A DNA stretch of 64,000 bases from Octopus sinensis (GCF_006345805.1 NC_043001.1:53506001-53570000), one strand, 5' to 3'. Positions 23,824 to 38,776 are shown, counted from the first letter of the stretch. Numbers and translations: made by a program. Notes: a model not told the origin generated them from the sequence alone.

Positions 23824-26398
23824 GTATGACATCTACCAAAGATTATGCTGTTGATATATTTCGCATTACATTCACCATTTTACAGATATATCAAATGCTG
23901 TAATTGGTTCGGAAATTTGGTATACGTCATCAGAGCGTATGACCCAACGTCAATTACTTCACACTTGTGTTAAAATCCTGCAAGTACATACTAATGTGAT
24001 TAACTCTTTATTTTTCCTCATCCAGTCAGAAAATAGTTAAATTTCAACAGCCAAACTATGTGGAATATGAGGACGCTTTCGTACATGTCTATTACTGCAC
24101 TGTATCTCCAGGAGATAAATAAGTTGCAATCGATTGGGAAAATATATCTAAACACGTAGTATCCCAGTGAAAGAAATGAGTACTTTATGTTTCACTTTAT
24201 TGTGCATACTAAATGGAAAACTCCGAGTGTGTATTGAACATATCTAGATCTATAGAGTTTAAAATACATAATTAAGCAGGTATATCTATGATAGAATGGC
24301 AGAATACTAGAGAAAGAAAGAGAGAATGTGGGAGATCATCGAAATTTATTACTAAAGAGCATAATAACCAATCATTTATCGATAATCATTTCTCGCAAAT
24401 ATTACAACGTGCAATTACATCTCATATTGATTAAGGGTTTTGAACTATAACGTTATCCAATAAGTGCGTAAAATCCAATGACTCCGACGCATAAGTGTAT
24501 GAATGCAGACGGACTTTCCTACATTTGTTTTAAAAATAAGACCAGGCTGAAATGAATACATGAATATAATCACGAAAATCGGTTCCGATATTTCTGAATC
24601 AGTAACCTACAAATGTGGTAATGAGCAGGTACGAAAGCTTGAGGAGAAAACGTTCCTTCCATATACATACATCAGATGTATTCAATGTGTGAAAGTGTAT
24701 ATGCGTTCCTTGTTTGTATGTGTTATAATACATAAATATACAAAAAGTAACTTATTATTCATTGTCTAGGAAAGAGAAAGATAGCAGAAGAAAACAGAAA
24801 AATGTGGAACTATGTATATACATATATGCAAATACATGCACATACATACACATATATACACCAACACACAAACATATACGCGCAAGCCACGAACCACACA
24901 CAAACACACGCACGCACTTACACACACACACATACAAACACATATATACATATACATGTAACCGGATACACAGTTATACATGTGTGTGTGTGTCTGCATG
25001 TTTGTATTAATGGGTGTACAAACATTAGATATTACGTGGGGAAAAAGTAACTCTATACAAAAGGGAAACAGACAGGGCGATGAATGACTATTTTGGTACG
25101 TGTTTATATGTGTGTGGATGGGTTACATTTATAAAAGACGTGAAGGAAAAAATAATGAATAAGAAATGAAAAATATACGAGAACATAAACATCAGAATCG
25201 GATTGCAAATTAGCAGTTCATTGCCAATTTGTTGGTTAACGGTTAGGTGACGGATGCTAGAGAGGTGTGTTGTAAATGAACGCCATGGTAGGACGTTAAT
25301 AATTCTGAAAATGTAGCATAAATTCTTTTCCAAAATGCTATTAATGGAGAGGAAGAACAGAAGCTAGAACGTTGAAAATTAATTAGAGTGTAGTAAAGCA
25401 CACGAGAGAGTAGTGCGGGGAGTACAATCGGTAAAAATCTATTTCTTAAATAAATATTTTAAAATTGAAATCTAAAATAAAATGCTGGATCAAAATAAAT
25501 ACGGTGTCTTTATATAAAATAGATATTTCTTATTGAATAAAAAGTTGGCTACTGGTTTTCACTGTTGGTTCTTCGTATTTAGATAAGCTCTATAGATCTG
25601 CCTTGCTTCTTGGTGCCTGGGAAACTGATCATAAAGCAGTTCCAGAGGAGTTATTAATACACATATCAAACGTACATGAAGTATGTTATGAACTTTTTAT
25701 TGCTTTTCAACTTCCCTTCATATGCGAAAGCTGGTAGTACTTGTAGGTTAGACAGTGTAATTTTTACTGAACACAGTTAAATGTAATTCCATGTTAAATG
25801 TAATTCCATGTTCCAAATACTGTATTAGAAATATGCTTAACAATAGAAGTTAGATTCCTAAGACAAGGTTAAATGAAAACTGTTTCGACTTTCTTATCTT
25901 GTTAGTGAAAATTATTGCTGAGAAGGAAAAATCACAAATGGCAAGCAAGAATATTTATGGCAATATACCAAGTAGTGTAATATCAACTTGATTTACGGTA
26001 TAAGTAGTCGCCGAACCAACAGGGAATAACATACGAATTATACGAAGAATGTTAACTGTAAATAAAGCTACAGTGTATCGATTCTTTTCGCCTGACACAA
26101 AGTAATAAAGCAACAATAAACAAGCGATATGTTTTATTAAATTATGAAACATTATAAGAAACCCAAAACGAATTAAATTGCTCTAAGGATCATATAGGGG
26201 ACAGAAAGATTGACCCAGTGTGACAGCTTTTACTGATTTGGTGTGAGAAGTAAATATTAGTTAATTATAAGGTTTTAAAACTGGATAATATCAGCATAAC
26301 TACAGGATGGGTTTGAAGAAAGCAGAAAGCATTCATTGATTTTTGTTGGCCAGAACAAATATTTTCTAACATTCGGTACATTCATGTCCAATGTTATG

Positions 26399-26445
<47 letters not shown>

Positions 26446-26511
26446 ATTACTCGAAAGCGCTTGTAAAACTAAAACACACAAGAAGTTTTTGCATACATGA
26501 ATATATGTGTG

Positions 26512-26601
<90 letters not shown>

Positions 26602-26649
26602 AGATGTTTGTGTGTGTGTGTGCGTACATTTATATAAATGTAAAGTGAC

Positions 26650-27560
26650 CTAAGTAGTAAACACAACATCCACCAGATTTGAAAACATAAGCCAAGTTCC
26701 TCGATGCACAGGTGAAATTAGCTTTTACGGTGAAGTCTTTCCTTGAGTTGGATCCATAGATCGAAACTTTATACGCTTCCCAATTAGGGCCGCTGCATTT
26801 TTGTCTGTTCGGATTGTACAGTTTGTGGGTAGTTCGGTGCTCTTACTTTTATTACTTTTATATTTCAAGTGCTTTTTCTTTCGCAGCTTTTTCAGGGCTA
26901 TAGTGTAATGGATACTATTTTATGTTTCCATGTTTCTTAGATCGCATGTTGATATATAATGTAATGTGTTAAGTGTATCTGCGGGGATTTCTTGTTTTCT
27001 CTAATTCTTGAATGTCTCTTATTTTTGCACGTTTCTACTCCGTTCTTAATTAAATTGACCGGATATTTTCTTTCGAGTAATATATTAGTTCTTGGATTCC
27101 GATTTTCCAGGGTTTCAGAATTGGATACAATTGTGCAAATTCTTCTTACTAAATTAAATCGTAATATTCATAGTTGCGTGCTTGAGATGGCAGGAAGAAG
27201 ATAGTAGATATTATTTAGAGTTTGTTGACTTAAAGAAGATGCCGGTTTCAGTAATGGTATATTTTTTATGATTAGGATGGTCACAGATTGATTAAGGTTT
27301 AACAGTTGATCCATATTATGTAACCACAGAAAAGAACAATCGTCTAGGTAGAATTTGCAGTTGGTATGTATTTATAGAAATTATCTCCGAATTTCAGCTT
27401 GGTGTGTTCATATAGTTGTGCTTCCAAATATGGCTTGAAAGGGTTATAAAATTAGGGGTTACCTTCGTTACCATCACGGGCCTAAATATCTGTCTCAATG
27501 TGTTGTCGCTTAAGAATTCCAGTTCCACGTCCTTGGATTATGAATATTATCTGAAGTGTA
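26650..27560 (-). pseudogene. Penelope-like element relic (RT plus GIY-YIG endonuclease)
   Basis: LEAQLYEHTK..., YLDD at 27339-27350, the thumb motif FNLVRRICTIVS...LLERKYP, and the GIY-YIG-like FTVKANFTCASRNLAYVFKSGGCCVYYLG. Many stops and frameshifts. Confidence 0.75.
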
Positions 27561-28583
27561 GATCTCAAAAAAAAATAAAGAATACGGAGTCAGGTACATT
27601 ATCAGTTCTTTACCTTATAATTTTGCAGTAAGTCATACAATATGATTATTTGATTATAATGACTGACACGTCTTTCTACTGCACAGAATATTTGCACACA
27701 CAACCCAGCAAAAAATTCTGTGCACCTTAATTCCAGGTCCTTCTGCATGCTTGGTTCGAAGAGATCTGAGTCGATTTATTTACATGCTGCTATTTTAAGA
27801 TACCAAGTGAAGTGATGGGGTATATGTTGAAATTCTATGAGGCAATGAAGTTTATATCAAGAGTGACCTTCACTTAACACCAGTGTAGAGTTGAAAGCAG
27901 TGATTTAATCTATGTACAATTAGGTCAAATTACATCGAGGTATTCTATCATGGATTTTCCTATGGTTACAGAAGATTGAAAAGCATTAGAGACAAACTTA
28001 ATTACATCGAAAATGTTCCATAAGAATATATTACAATTGTGCATCTTTTAAGTTGAGTTTAAGTGTTATTTAGATTGTTTGCGTACTTTTGTGTGACGCT
28101 ATTCTATTATATACTAACGTTAACCTTTCTGGGCAGGGTAAAATGAGATAAAATTAGTACGGCTATTCGATATACATTAGAGGAAAAGAGATGTGATTTG
28201 TGCATAGAAGAAATGTACCAGATCCATTATCCAAAGATTAATTACTTAACAGTACACTAGAACAGGCCTTGAGATGTTTACACGTACATGGGAAAACCTT
28301 TAGGCAGGTATTGGGTAAAGTGATAACCTATACACAGAATTATAAAGGTATATGTCGGAATATTATCTGGCCTAACTTTCAACTTAATATCTTGACTATC
28401 ACTAGCTTGAAATATCCTCTTTTGTTTTCCTTTTTTCCTAAAAATCATAGCGACACATAAAGTTATGGTAACCAATGAATAACACTTAAGCTCAACTAAA
28501 AAGTGCACAACTATAATATATTCTGATGGAAAACTTTTTCGAAAGGACTTATATTTATTTTCTTTAATATTTTTACCAACGAA

Positions 28584-28795
28584 GGCGGCGAGCAAGCACA
28601 AACGTTAGCACTCCGTACGAAATACTTAGCAGCATTTCGTCTGTCTTTACGTTTTGAGTTTAAATTCGGCCAAGGTCGACTTTGCCCTTCACCCTTTTGG
28701 GGTCGATAGATTAGGTACCAGTTGCGTACTGGAGTCGATCTAATCGACCAGCATTCTCTCTGAACGTTTTGGGGCTTGTGCCTAGAGTAAAAAAA
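28584..28795 (+). mobile_element. SINE family A
   Basis: Full head-core-tail homology to the other copies. Confidence 0.85.
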
Positions 28796-29893
28796 TAATT
28801 TAACGCTTTTAATCTATTAAGATTTTTATATATACTTTTATACGTCAATATTATATACCTCAATTTGATTTTCTACCCATACATATATATTATATTTTAT
28901 ATATCTATGTAGTCATAAGTTTTTAAGATGTTTTAATATTATAAAGATTGATACATTAATATATTTTAATAACTGATACCGGTTTATGGCTGAATATATC
29001 TTTATACAAATTGTTGAAATTACTTGAATTCCCTTCTTAAATATTATTTATATATTGCGTCTCGTGTTCTCTATCTGAGGACTTCATACTGCTATCTATA
29101 TGATACACACAACATTTTACTATACATGTATATAGATCTAGCTAGATAGATAGATAACAAACAAAAACGTAAAATAATTTATATGTGTAATATTATGTTC
29201 GTTTTTGATGCGTAGACTAAATGGACTGTCTAGAATTGTTGTCTATAAGGATATTCCCTTCGCGCTATAATTATATTGCTATGTAGAATAATAGAGGAAA
29301 TTTTCTCTTTCCTTTAAAGAAGTGACTAGAAATACAAATGTTTTGATCTACAAATATATCTGCTCTAATACGCTGTGATAATAATGTTGATATGATATAA
29401 ACATATAGTGCAAAAGTTGTTTCATCTAATCTAATCAGTCCTAGAAATCTGTTAGAGTATTACAATACAACTCACAGAGGAAACATCTATTAGCGAATAC
29501 ACGATATTATGATGGTAATTGATTTAATAAAATTCATGCTTTATAATCTCTAATTTTTATATGTACGTACAACAATCATGTTTATAAAACATGAATACAT
29601 TCATGATAATTTAATGCAATAGGAAACCAGTAGTATTCGGAATTCCTTTCAAGCTTCCTAATTTAAGACAATATATAGTAGTAAAACGCGATATCCTGAT
29701 ACTTAACATTGTATTAGGGCAATTTTTGTGATATATATCAATACTCTGATTTTATATGTTTCATCTTTTATCTTTCGATGGTTTCAGTCATCAGATATAT
29801 TCTTTACATTCTTACGTTTAATTTCTTTATACTTAGTTACATCGTACCTCATACGTTACAAATGATCAAATGTTATTTAATAGTTTCTGAATA

Positions 29894-30269
29894 TGAGCTG
29901 CAGTTGTCAGCCAATATTACTTGTCTTTTTCCTCTGTCTTTAGGTTCTGAGTTCAAATTCCGCCGAGATCGAATTTGGCATTCATTCTTTCGGGATCGAT
30001 AAATTAAGCACCAGTTGCGTATTGCGGTCGATCTAATCGACTCGCTCTCAACCCCAAAATTTCAGTCCTTGTACCTAGAGTAGAAAAGAATTTTCTTATC
30101 ATTCTAGTATTTTATCTGTCTTTACATTCTGAGTTCAAATTCCGCCGAGGTTGACTTTGCCTTTCATCCTTTCCGGGTCGATAAATTAAATATCTGTTGC
30201 ATACTGTGGTCGGTCTAATTGACTGGTATCCTCCCCGAAAAATTTCGGGCTTTGTACCTTAAGTAGAAT
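29894..30269 (+). mobile_element. Two tandem SINE family A copies (~29894-30090 and 30110-30269)
   Basis: The core ttctgagttcaaattccgccgag...gtcgataaatt occurs twice. Confidence 0.85.
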
Positions 30270-32265
30270 ATAATATTACTTATCTGTATTCAGCTATTCT
30301 CCTGTGGCCATACATTTGTGTAAGCCTATATTTTAAAACAGGTTTCCTCCATTTATTATCACATAAATTTATTTGTTTATGAAGGATTTGTTTTTATTGT
30401 TTATTAAACAGATAATTTAAATCTTTTGTTTGGAATTGACCACTCACATGTAGCTTTCGATTTATAGTTATAATGGACGATAACAAAATACTGATGGTTC
30501 ACTCTTTCGATAGGAGAATTTCTATTCTGTTTATGTAACCAGGGAAAATTCTCAATTCGGTGTTCACTATAACCCTTTCGTTTGCTATTACTTTATTTCA
30601 GTTTACGATATTGGTTTTTTATAGTGGTGATTTTCTGTTAAATAACATTGATGTATTTGGATTCCATTTCTGTTTATTTTCATATTTTTATATGTGACGT
30701 TCAACAAGGAATCCTGAAATATTGAAGTTCGATCATGGGCAACATAACTTTCAATTGTTTCTATAATTGTCGATGTTAAAATTTAGAGTACTTTTAAACA
30801 AAAGTTTGTTGTCATACACTCAGATAGTGTTCTTTAAATACCAATCATTATATCATTGTCATTATCTTTTTAAGTATAATTTTTAACCTAGAAGAGTTTT
30901 TGTGTGTTTAAAGCAGAGACATTTCCAAGAAAAGATTTATATTTCATTACAATATAGATAATATTTAAAAGGACGTAAGGCTACTTCGCAGAAACGTGAT
31001 CGATCTAATAAATTTCTCCTTAAGTAAACACTTAAGGCAATTATTTGATTTACATTTTTACGAAAACTAAATTGGCAAGTGGTAGCATATCATTGATAAG
31101 TGAAAGTATACTTGTACCATATTCCACATAATTAAAGACTTCAGGATTTTTATTTATATTTTAGAGAGTTTCTCAATCTCCTGTATGGTTATATTGCTTA
31201 TATTTGAAGGAGCCACTTCAATTAATGCACAAGTTCTGGATCACTTGCACTTTAATTTGTTATCAGACAGGCTCACTGTTATTTCCCTGCCAATACGCAT
31301 ATTCATATCACTGAGAACCACACAAATATTTCATGTTCTACATCTTGTATCAAGAACAGACTTAAATCGAATTTTCACCTTGACCAATAATGCATAGTGG
31401 TACAGATATATACATATTCACATAAAAACAAGGAAACACATAAGGATATAAACATATGTGTATATGAATGAGTGTGTCAGTATGTATGTATATGTTTGTA
31501 TGTGTCTATGTGTGTGTGTATGTCTGTTTGTATTTCTATGCATATATAATGTAGATAGACGTTAGCGTGTTAGAAAGAGATGTGCATATATATACATTTG
31601 TGACGAATGAAATAAAAAAAGATTATAAGCAGGAAAATAATATTTTAAACGACGGAATAGACCTCACGCTTATATCTACGAGTATGTAGGCATTACTGCA
31701 CGTATGTAAGTCTATAGGTACGCTTGGATTTTTACCGCTTCAGAGATTCTATGCCCTATGAAACATATGTACACCGGATCTTACCTACTCTATTCCCTAA
31801 TTTCTGTATTCTTATTCGCACACCCGGCAACCCTGATCGCCCACCGTGAGATATGGGAAGAAAGTCTTATTAAAAAGACATTCACAACCTTCCGTCTCAA
31901 TAAACCACCATAGTCCCCGAAAGTTGGTTTTTATAACGCATTCCCTCGCCATATTGCGGTTTACCTATCGAGGTTCATTAGTTAAGCTTATGTCGATTCC
32001 TCCAGGGTGTAATTTTGAATTCACGATAAAAGAAATATATATAAGTTATAAAAATAATAAAAATATATACAGTATAGTACTGTTTCTACTTCACGGTTTT
32101 TCACCCATCGTGAGGGTTTTGAAACATAACACGTCCAAGCTAAAGGATTATTGTATTTAATACGGATTGCTTGAAGCTAACTTTCATCCTAAACCTTCAT
32201 ACTTGGATCATGCACACACAGACAGACGCAGACACAGACACACACAGACATGCACACACACACAC

Positions 32266-32306
<41 letters not shown>

Positions 32307-32309
<3 letters not shown>

Positions 32310-33294
32310 GGGTGGGACAAAATAATGGGAACACCTTAACATTTCAAACAAATTTATTTTATAATGGGTAGGACCACCTATGGCATTAATTACAGCTTGA
32401 ATTCTACGAGGTACGGACTCGTACAAAGTTTGACTTTTTTCAAAACGAATTGTTGTCCATTCTTCAGCTAAAACAGTCTCCGGTTCTTTTAGTGATTATG
32501 GTGTAGGATATTGACTCCTTACTTGTTTTTCTAAAATGCACCATAAATGTTCAATGATATTGAGATCTGGGGACTGTGGTAGCCGATAAGATGTTCAACT
32601 TCACTAGAATGTTCCTCGTGTCATTCAGTAACAATTTTAACTGTGTGAATCGGTGCATTATCGCCCTGAAAGTTTGCGTTATACTCCGGAAATAGTTCCG
32701 CAGCCATAGGTTGAATTTGATCAGATTAAACGCTTAAATAGTCTTGACTATTAATTCTGCCATGAAAAGAAACCATTGAACCGGCGAATTTCCAAGATAT
32801 AGCCTTCCCAGAACATCACAGGTCCTCCTCCTTGTTTAACAGTTGGAAGAAGGCAATCTGGATCAAATGCTTCTTTTTGCTGTTTCCACACGTATACTTG
32901 GTCAGTTGTCGGAAATAAGGTAAAAGAGGACTTGTCGGAGAAAATTGCCTTCTTACAGTGTTTAGGGAAAATTCTGTAGGTTTTTACTCTATTCTAAACG
33001 CTTTGAAACGTTTGATTTTGAAAGTAGAGGTTTTCTGATTGCAGCCGTCCCGTGAAATCTAGTTTTATGCAGCTCCTGGCGAACAGCTTTTGTGAAAATA
33101 TGGCTCTAGAGGCAGTCATTAAGCTCTGCAGCAAATTTGGGAGCTGTACTTTTGTGATCCTTACTAATAATTTGCGTAAGAAAGACTCCGACGGTCCCCG
33201 TTTGAAAGTTTTGGTTTCCTTCTGGAGTTTTGTTTTGACAAGGTGGTTTTCCCCTCTTTCTCAAAGGCTCTCATTACTTTCGAGACAGTACTTC

Positions 33295-33297
<3 letters not shown>
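32307..33297 (-). pseudogene. Tc1-like (DD34E) transposon relic with one intact TIR, inserted in (TA)n
   Basis: TA|CAGGGGTGGGACAAAATAATGGGAACACC TIR. Minus strand gives DDNAPIH, SPDLNIIEHLW and YESVPRRIQAVINAIGGPTHY. Confidence 0.85.
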
Positions 33298-33340
<43 letters not shown>

Positions 33341-33416
33341 CACAAACAGTCATATATACATATATTTTATAAATATATACATATTGATATCATATGCATA
33401 CGTTACAAATATAACC

Positions 33417-33465
<49 letters not shown>

Positions 33466-33499
33466 AATATTTACATATCTCGCGAAGACGAACTTACCT

Positions 33500-33712
33500 C
33501 ATTTTTAGACTTCTTTGTATATAGCTCCAATACTTGTTGTTGTTGTTGTTTTTTGCTGATGTAGTAGTTGATTTTGCAACTCCTGTTGTTGCTTTTGTTG
33601 CTTTTGCAAGTATACTTTGAAATCTAATAGGTCTTCCATTATTTAACAAGTTGTATCCTGAAGAAAGTGTTAAATAACCTACGTGAGCTTCGAAACCCTC
33701 GTCACTGGATTT
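33500..33712 (-). mobile_element. Gypsy: degenerate PBS and start of gag of a second, tandem copy
   Basis: Homologous to 35440-35632. Reads AGTGACGAGG (decayed PBS) followed by a Q-rich gag start. Confidence 0.65.
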
Positions 33713-33972
33713 TGTAACGTAGTTTGCTATTTACAATATATGAGGCAACCAGACAACAGTAAAAACAATATATCGAACTCACAAATCAATTTACGAAACA
33801 ACAATCACTATTCGTTTTGAACTAACCAACTGACACCTTCCTACTTCATTGTGAACTAACACGAACTTCATTCGACTACGACATCTGAACCTTGATTTCA
33901 CTCGGATCGTTTTATTTATACTTTACTCGGACCAGTCTATCTCTCGCAAGGGATATCGCAAGACACATCACA
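33713..33972 (-). mobile_element. Gypsy LTR A (TG...CA, 260 bp)
   Basis: Shares terminal blocks with 35633-35872 (tgtaacgtagtttgcta; tatttatactttactcggaccagtcta...tcaca). A purine-rich PPT-like aaaagcggga lies just 5' of it on the minus strand. Confidence 0.7.
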
Positions 33973-35632
33973 ATAATCCCGCTTTTGAGATTTCGACTAC
34001 TGTGAGAAAGTGGTCTTTCTTTTCTTTTTTTTCTTTCCAGCATCACTTACTCATCTTTTCTTTAGTTGTATCTTAATTGTTGCCCGATTGTTTTTAAGGT
34101 ATTATTGTTAGTTTCACACAGTACTTGTTCTTTTCATTGTACATAATACTCTTGTTAGTACTCATGTTCCTTTTTTCTTTTCTGAATATTTGATATCTTT
34201 TCCGTTTAGGTATTACTTCCAGATATTCTTATGTTTTCATTTTCTGAAGCTAGTTTTACGGGGTTAAATATTTCTAGGCTCTTGCACTTCAAACATATCA
34301 TAGAAAACTTCCATTAGTATTGCACTGTATTCATCTGTATGTCTCATCCCTAAATCTTTAAGGTGTCTCCGCACGTTGTCCTTTAATTAAATACATCATG
34401 TTACTGTCCTCGCAATCTTCTTTACCATTTTTGTGATTTTTAAAATGAACTCATTCTTCTATATGTATTTTCTTCAAATGTATTTTCTGTCTTTCATTTA
34501 TATATATATATTTTCCGGCAATAATTCATCGAAGATCAAAATTATTTTACGCGCGAACATTAACTCTGCTAGTGCCTTTACTGAATTAGTGTTTGGTATT
34601 GTATTTGGGAATCGAATTTTATTTCTGCTTAGAGCACTCTAGGATTTTTAGTGTTTGATCTTCCTAATTTTGATCTGCATGATGAACTCTTGTGACCAAT
34701 TCTTTTGCAACTGTAACATTTTTGATTTTTAAATGGACAGTCTTTTCTGAAATGTATGCCTCCGCACCCATAATATGGATTGGGAAGTGCTGCTCTTTTT
34801 TGGTTGTACTTTTCCGGTCCGTATATCTGCATTTTTGAGGAATCCTTTTCTTTACCTTTTTCTACATACTGTTTTAAGTTTACCGTCCTTTGGCATCCTT
34901 CTGTCACAGAATGTAAGGTTAGATCTTGGTTTGCTTATTCCAAGTTAGAAAGAATTCTTACCCGAAGTTTTGTAACTTTGCTTGCTGTAAGGCCTTGTAC
35001 AAAAATAAGTCACTTGAACATCTCAGGGGTAAGGTTTTTTGATTTTAAAACTTTCACATATACTGTTCTCGCGTATGTGATAAAATCATCATTCTCTTCT
35101 TTCGTTGTATTCCAACACTCCATTCGAGCGTTAAATAGAGAACTTTTATCACCGAATATGTTAGACAGTAATTCTATTGTTTCTTTAAAACAAAATTCAT
35201 TTGGTTTCTTGAGCAAACATGGAATTACAGTATCGTTCATGCTCTAACGGAGCTAATTTTCGCAATAACACTCTCACATTTTGTTCGGCCGACCATGATT
35301 TGCAATCTTGCTTAAGAATCTCCTCGTACATTCTGTAATATTATGCAAGAGTTATACCATACTCTAGGTTATAACTAAATTCATTAAAAGCGATCGAAAC
35401 GGCGTCTGACGCAAACGACATTATCTAATTTTGGGATTTCTTTGAATATAGCTCCAATAATTGTTGTTGTAGTTGTTCATGTAATTGCTGATTCTGCAAG
35501 TTCTGTTGCAGCTCTTGTCGTTGCTTTTGCAACTGTGCTTTGTAAGCTAATAGGCTTCCCATTATTTAACAAGTTGTATCACGAACAAATTGTTAAATAA
35601 CCTAGCTGAGCTTCGAAACCCTCGTCGCCACA
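33973..35632 (-). pseudogene. Gypsy internal region: PBS, gag with zinc knuckle, pol largely deleted, post-integrase tail
   Basis: PBS TGGCGACGAGG at 35620-35630 (complementary to the tRNA-Ser(GCT) 3' end). gag runs from the ATG at 35562, with CYSCKRIGHKSSSC at 34677-34718. MMYLIKG...MEVFYDMFEV near 34280-34420 resembles the pol C-terminal tail. Confidence 0.75.
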
Positions 35633-35872
35633 TGTAACGTAGTTTGCTAGGTATTATAAATAAGATAACCAGACAACAGAAAAAAACAATGTAACGAACT
35701 AACAAATCTCTTTATGAACCAACGATCAATATTCCTTGTGATCTAAACAACTGTCAACTTCCGAGTTCACTTGACTCCGAACTCCGAAGTTTGTACTCAC
35801 TCGCGTCGTTACTATTTATACTTTACTCGGACCAGTCTACCTCTCAGAAGGGGCGTCGTAAGTCTCCTCACA
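35633..35872 (-). mobile_element. Gypsy 5' LTR B (TG...CA, 240 bp)
   Basis: Immediately followed by an intact PBS. Homologous to LTR A. Confidence 0.75.
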
Positions 35873-35892
35873 ACACACACACACACGCACAC

Positions 35893-35924
<32 letters not shown>

Positions 35925-37650
35925 TTACATACTTACATATATACATACATTTAAATATACTTACATACATATATACATACATATAAATATACTTACATAC
36001 ATTTACACGCCTATTTATGTGTGTGTCGGCGCGTGGATATAATTCAAAAATCACGCACTACCATATGACAATCTATGGATGGAGATATTCTACAGGAAAA
36101 ATAAATCGATAAGATATTGCTTAACTTCCGACACAATAGAGGCTTTAATTTTTCTCCTGATATCCTTAATGATATTATATAATTTCTCATTTTGCCTCAT
36201 TAATCTTCGTATTCTGTTTGATTATATTATGAAGCTCACGTGAGAAAATTAATCGCGAATAGATTAAATCCAATATTTTATGCTCTGACAGCTTCGACAA
36301 TAAAATGGAAAATGATAGGAGTTTCAAAACTACTAGCAGTGGCTGTGTATATATTTCCGTTAGAATCTAATTTTATGTTTGGTGAACTAATTGTTGCTTG
36401 AATATGTTCACCAGTATTTTTTTATGAAGATTCCGTTGAAAGGAACATTCATAAAAGCTTAGCGCTTAAGAGTAGATGATGTGACCTCGGAAGATTTAAG
36501 TGTAATGCTTCTAAATCTGGAATCGTATTGCGACTGTACCCAATAAAATTCATACACCATATCCGAACAAAGTGTTATTGAAAGAGGCTCACACAAGTCT
36601 TTAACATACATAGAACTCTCTTCTTTTTTAAATTTTTCTCTAAAACAGCCTCTAATCCTCCAGGTTAAACATTAATATAAATATCCACACAAGTTCACTC
36701 ATAACACTGTCCACACTCAGTTTCAAATCTCAGTTCCTGCACTGAAAACTACATCCACCTTTCATTCTAGGTATGCCAACCATGCGCCCCACCTCTCGGT
36801 CATCTTTTATATACAGGCGACATCTTCCAGTTAGGTTTATCCAGTGGTTTCAACTAAAATCTGAAACGTTATCCTCTCCTTTTTTCTTTTCTCCTGGTTT
36901 GACTCTGCACTTTATTTTACAATATTTTACATAGGTTTTAAAACGTAGAATTGTACAGATAATCGTAGAATATTAAGTCAACATAAACAATTAATATACA
37001 AAATATGGCATAATGACATAACATTTCTATCCTATCATATTTTGTAACAGAATAGCACACTTTAATTCTTACGTTTACAACGATATCTTGATTTAATTAT
37101 GTTATGAGATCCCATGTTCGAGAATGATTTTTCAATTCAGGCCAATATAATGATGATGTATAGAATTAATCTTTCAGGTAGTTCTTTTGCTTTCGAATGG
37201 TAATGTTGTAAACCCTTTTTATGAAGCATTGTACATATATGAATGTGTATTTTATAAGTATATGGGGTTTTTTCAAGAAAGCCTAAGAAATATTCATTTA
37301 AAGTCACAGTATCAGCCTATGCTACAAGTTTGCTATACTTTCTTTGAATGCTTTCAATAAAATGAGCGATGATTTGGAAAGTATTACACTTTGGGTATGC
37401 TGTCGCTTGCATATATGGAGTATTATACAAATGTGGTGGAATAATTATTTACAATGTAAAATATATTAATATCCTTCCTGCTTCATTGCTGATCTCAATG
37501 CTGCTTTCACAACGCGCACTCACACACACATACACACACTCACTCGAGCATACATAGGCATATATATAATCTCTTAGGTAGTTCGCCATGATAGATCGCT
37601 AGGCACTACACATTCTCTTTCTGTGTTCATTTCTGTAGAACATATGCTCA

Positions 37651-37693
<43 letters not shown>

Positions 37694-37734
37694 ATATATT
37701 ATATATATATATATATGTTATGTATATGTATAGG

Positions 37735-37766
<32 letters not shown>

Positions 37767-38745
37767 ATATATATAATAAATATATGTTTTTGTGTCTATT
37801 TGTTTGTTCGTGCGCGCATACGTGTGTTTATGCCAATGTGTGTAGAGAAACATATGTGTATGTCTGTAGACATTAGGACGTGATTTGAGATAAATATCTC
37901 AGCACTACTATCAAATGCCTTCTCTTTCGCATTTCGCATCTATCATTCACACGAAAGAATTATGCAATTCCAAAATCGTCAACTTGAAAATCTATGATGA
38001 AATATAATAATATGTGACAATCCTTTATCTAGTATTTTGATTCGAAAAGAAAGGCAAATCATATGTCGGTTGAAAAAACAATAATACAGGTCATACAGCA
38101 TTAAATATGTATATACTGACAATATTGATACAAGAAGCTGTGTCCCTAATAAAGTAGACAGGTTATGTAAATATCTGAACATAAAACTGCAGCATGTTAC
38201 TTTTCAAAAGATGTTATTTGGTCGTTGTACATTCATTAATATTGAATATCACGCAGATATAAATACTAGAAACATTCTAAATATTCTGTCTATTTGATCG
38301 TGCACGAAAACGCAGGTATTCATAGCAAACACCCAAATAACGCTATGTACAAAAAGACAGTCTGATGTTGCCAGAATCGTACGTGAGAGGAAAACTAGAA
38401 ATTATTCAGAAATATCTGTTGTTAGTAGAACAATAGATCTAAATTTAGAAAGAAGAAATGATTTATTCTAATGAGCAAAGATATAGGAGAAGTGAAACAT
38501 TTCCCGAGGGCGGAAAGAAACAGGAGGTCAAATAACACGCACTATGATTTACAGAGTTAGAATGGAGGAACACAGGAACACAGTTGAGACTCTTGATTAT
38601 TACGTTTGCAAAACAAAGAAACTAATTGGGGAATTAGAAAATTCTAAATTTGAGTTTAAAAAATCTATAAAATAAAATGTAGAAAATCATACCGAATGTA
38701 TTCACAAATGTATGCATCGAAGTATATATATATATATACACACAC

Positions 38746-38776
<31 letters not shown>

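Noticed and set aside
30350-30800. Possible further Penelope thumb relic (minus)
   Set aside because: Similarity is too fragmentary to support without an alignment tool.
31790-31837. Minus-strand 48-nt exon candidate with an AG|GTAAGA donor
   Set aside because: The acceptor is poor and no homolog is recognised.
36573-36931. Solo-LTR-like segment (TG...CA, TATA-like box)
   Set aside because: No TSD, imperfect terminal inverted repeat and no second copy in the window.
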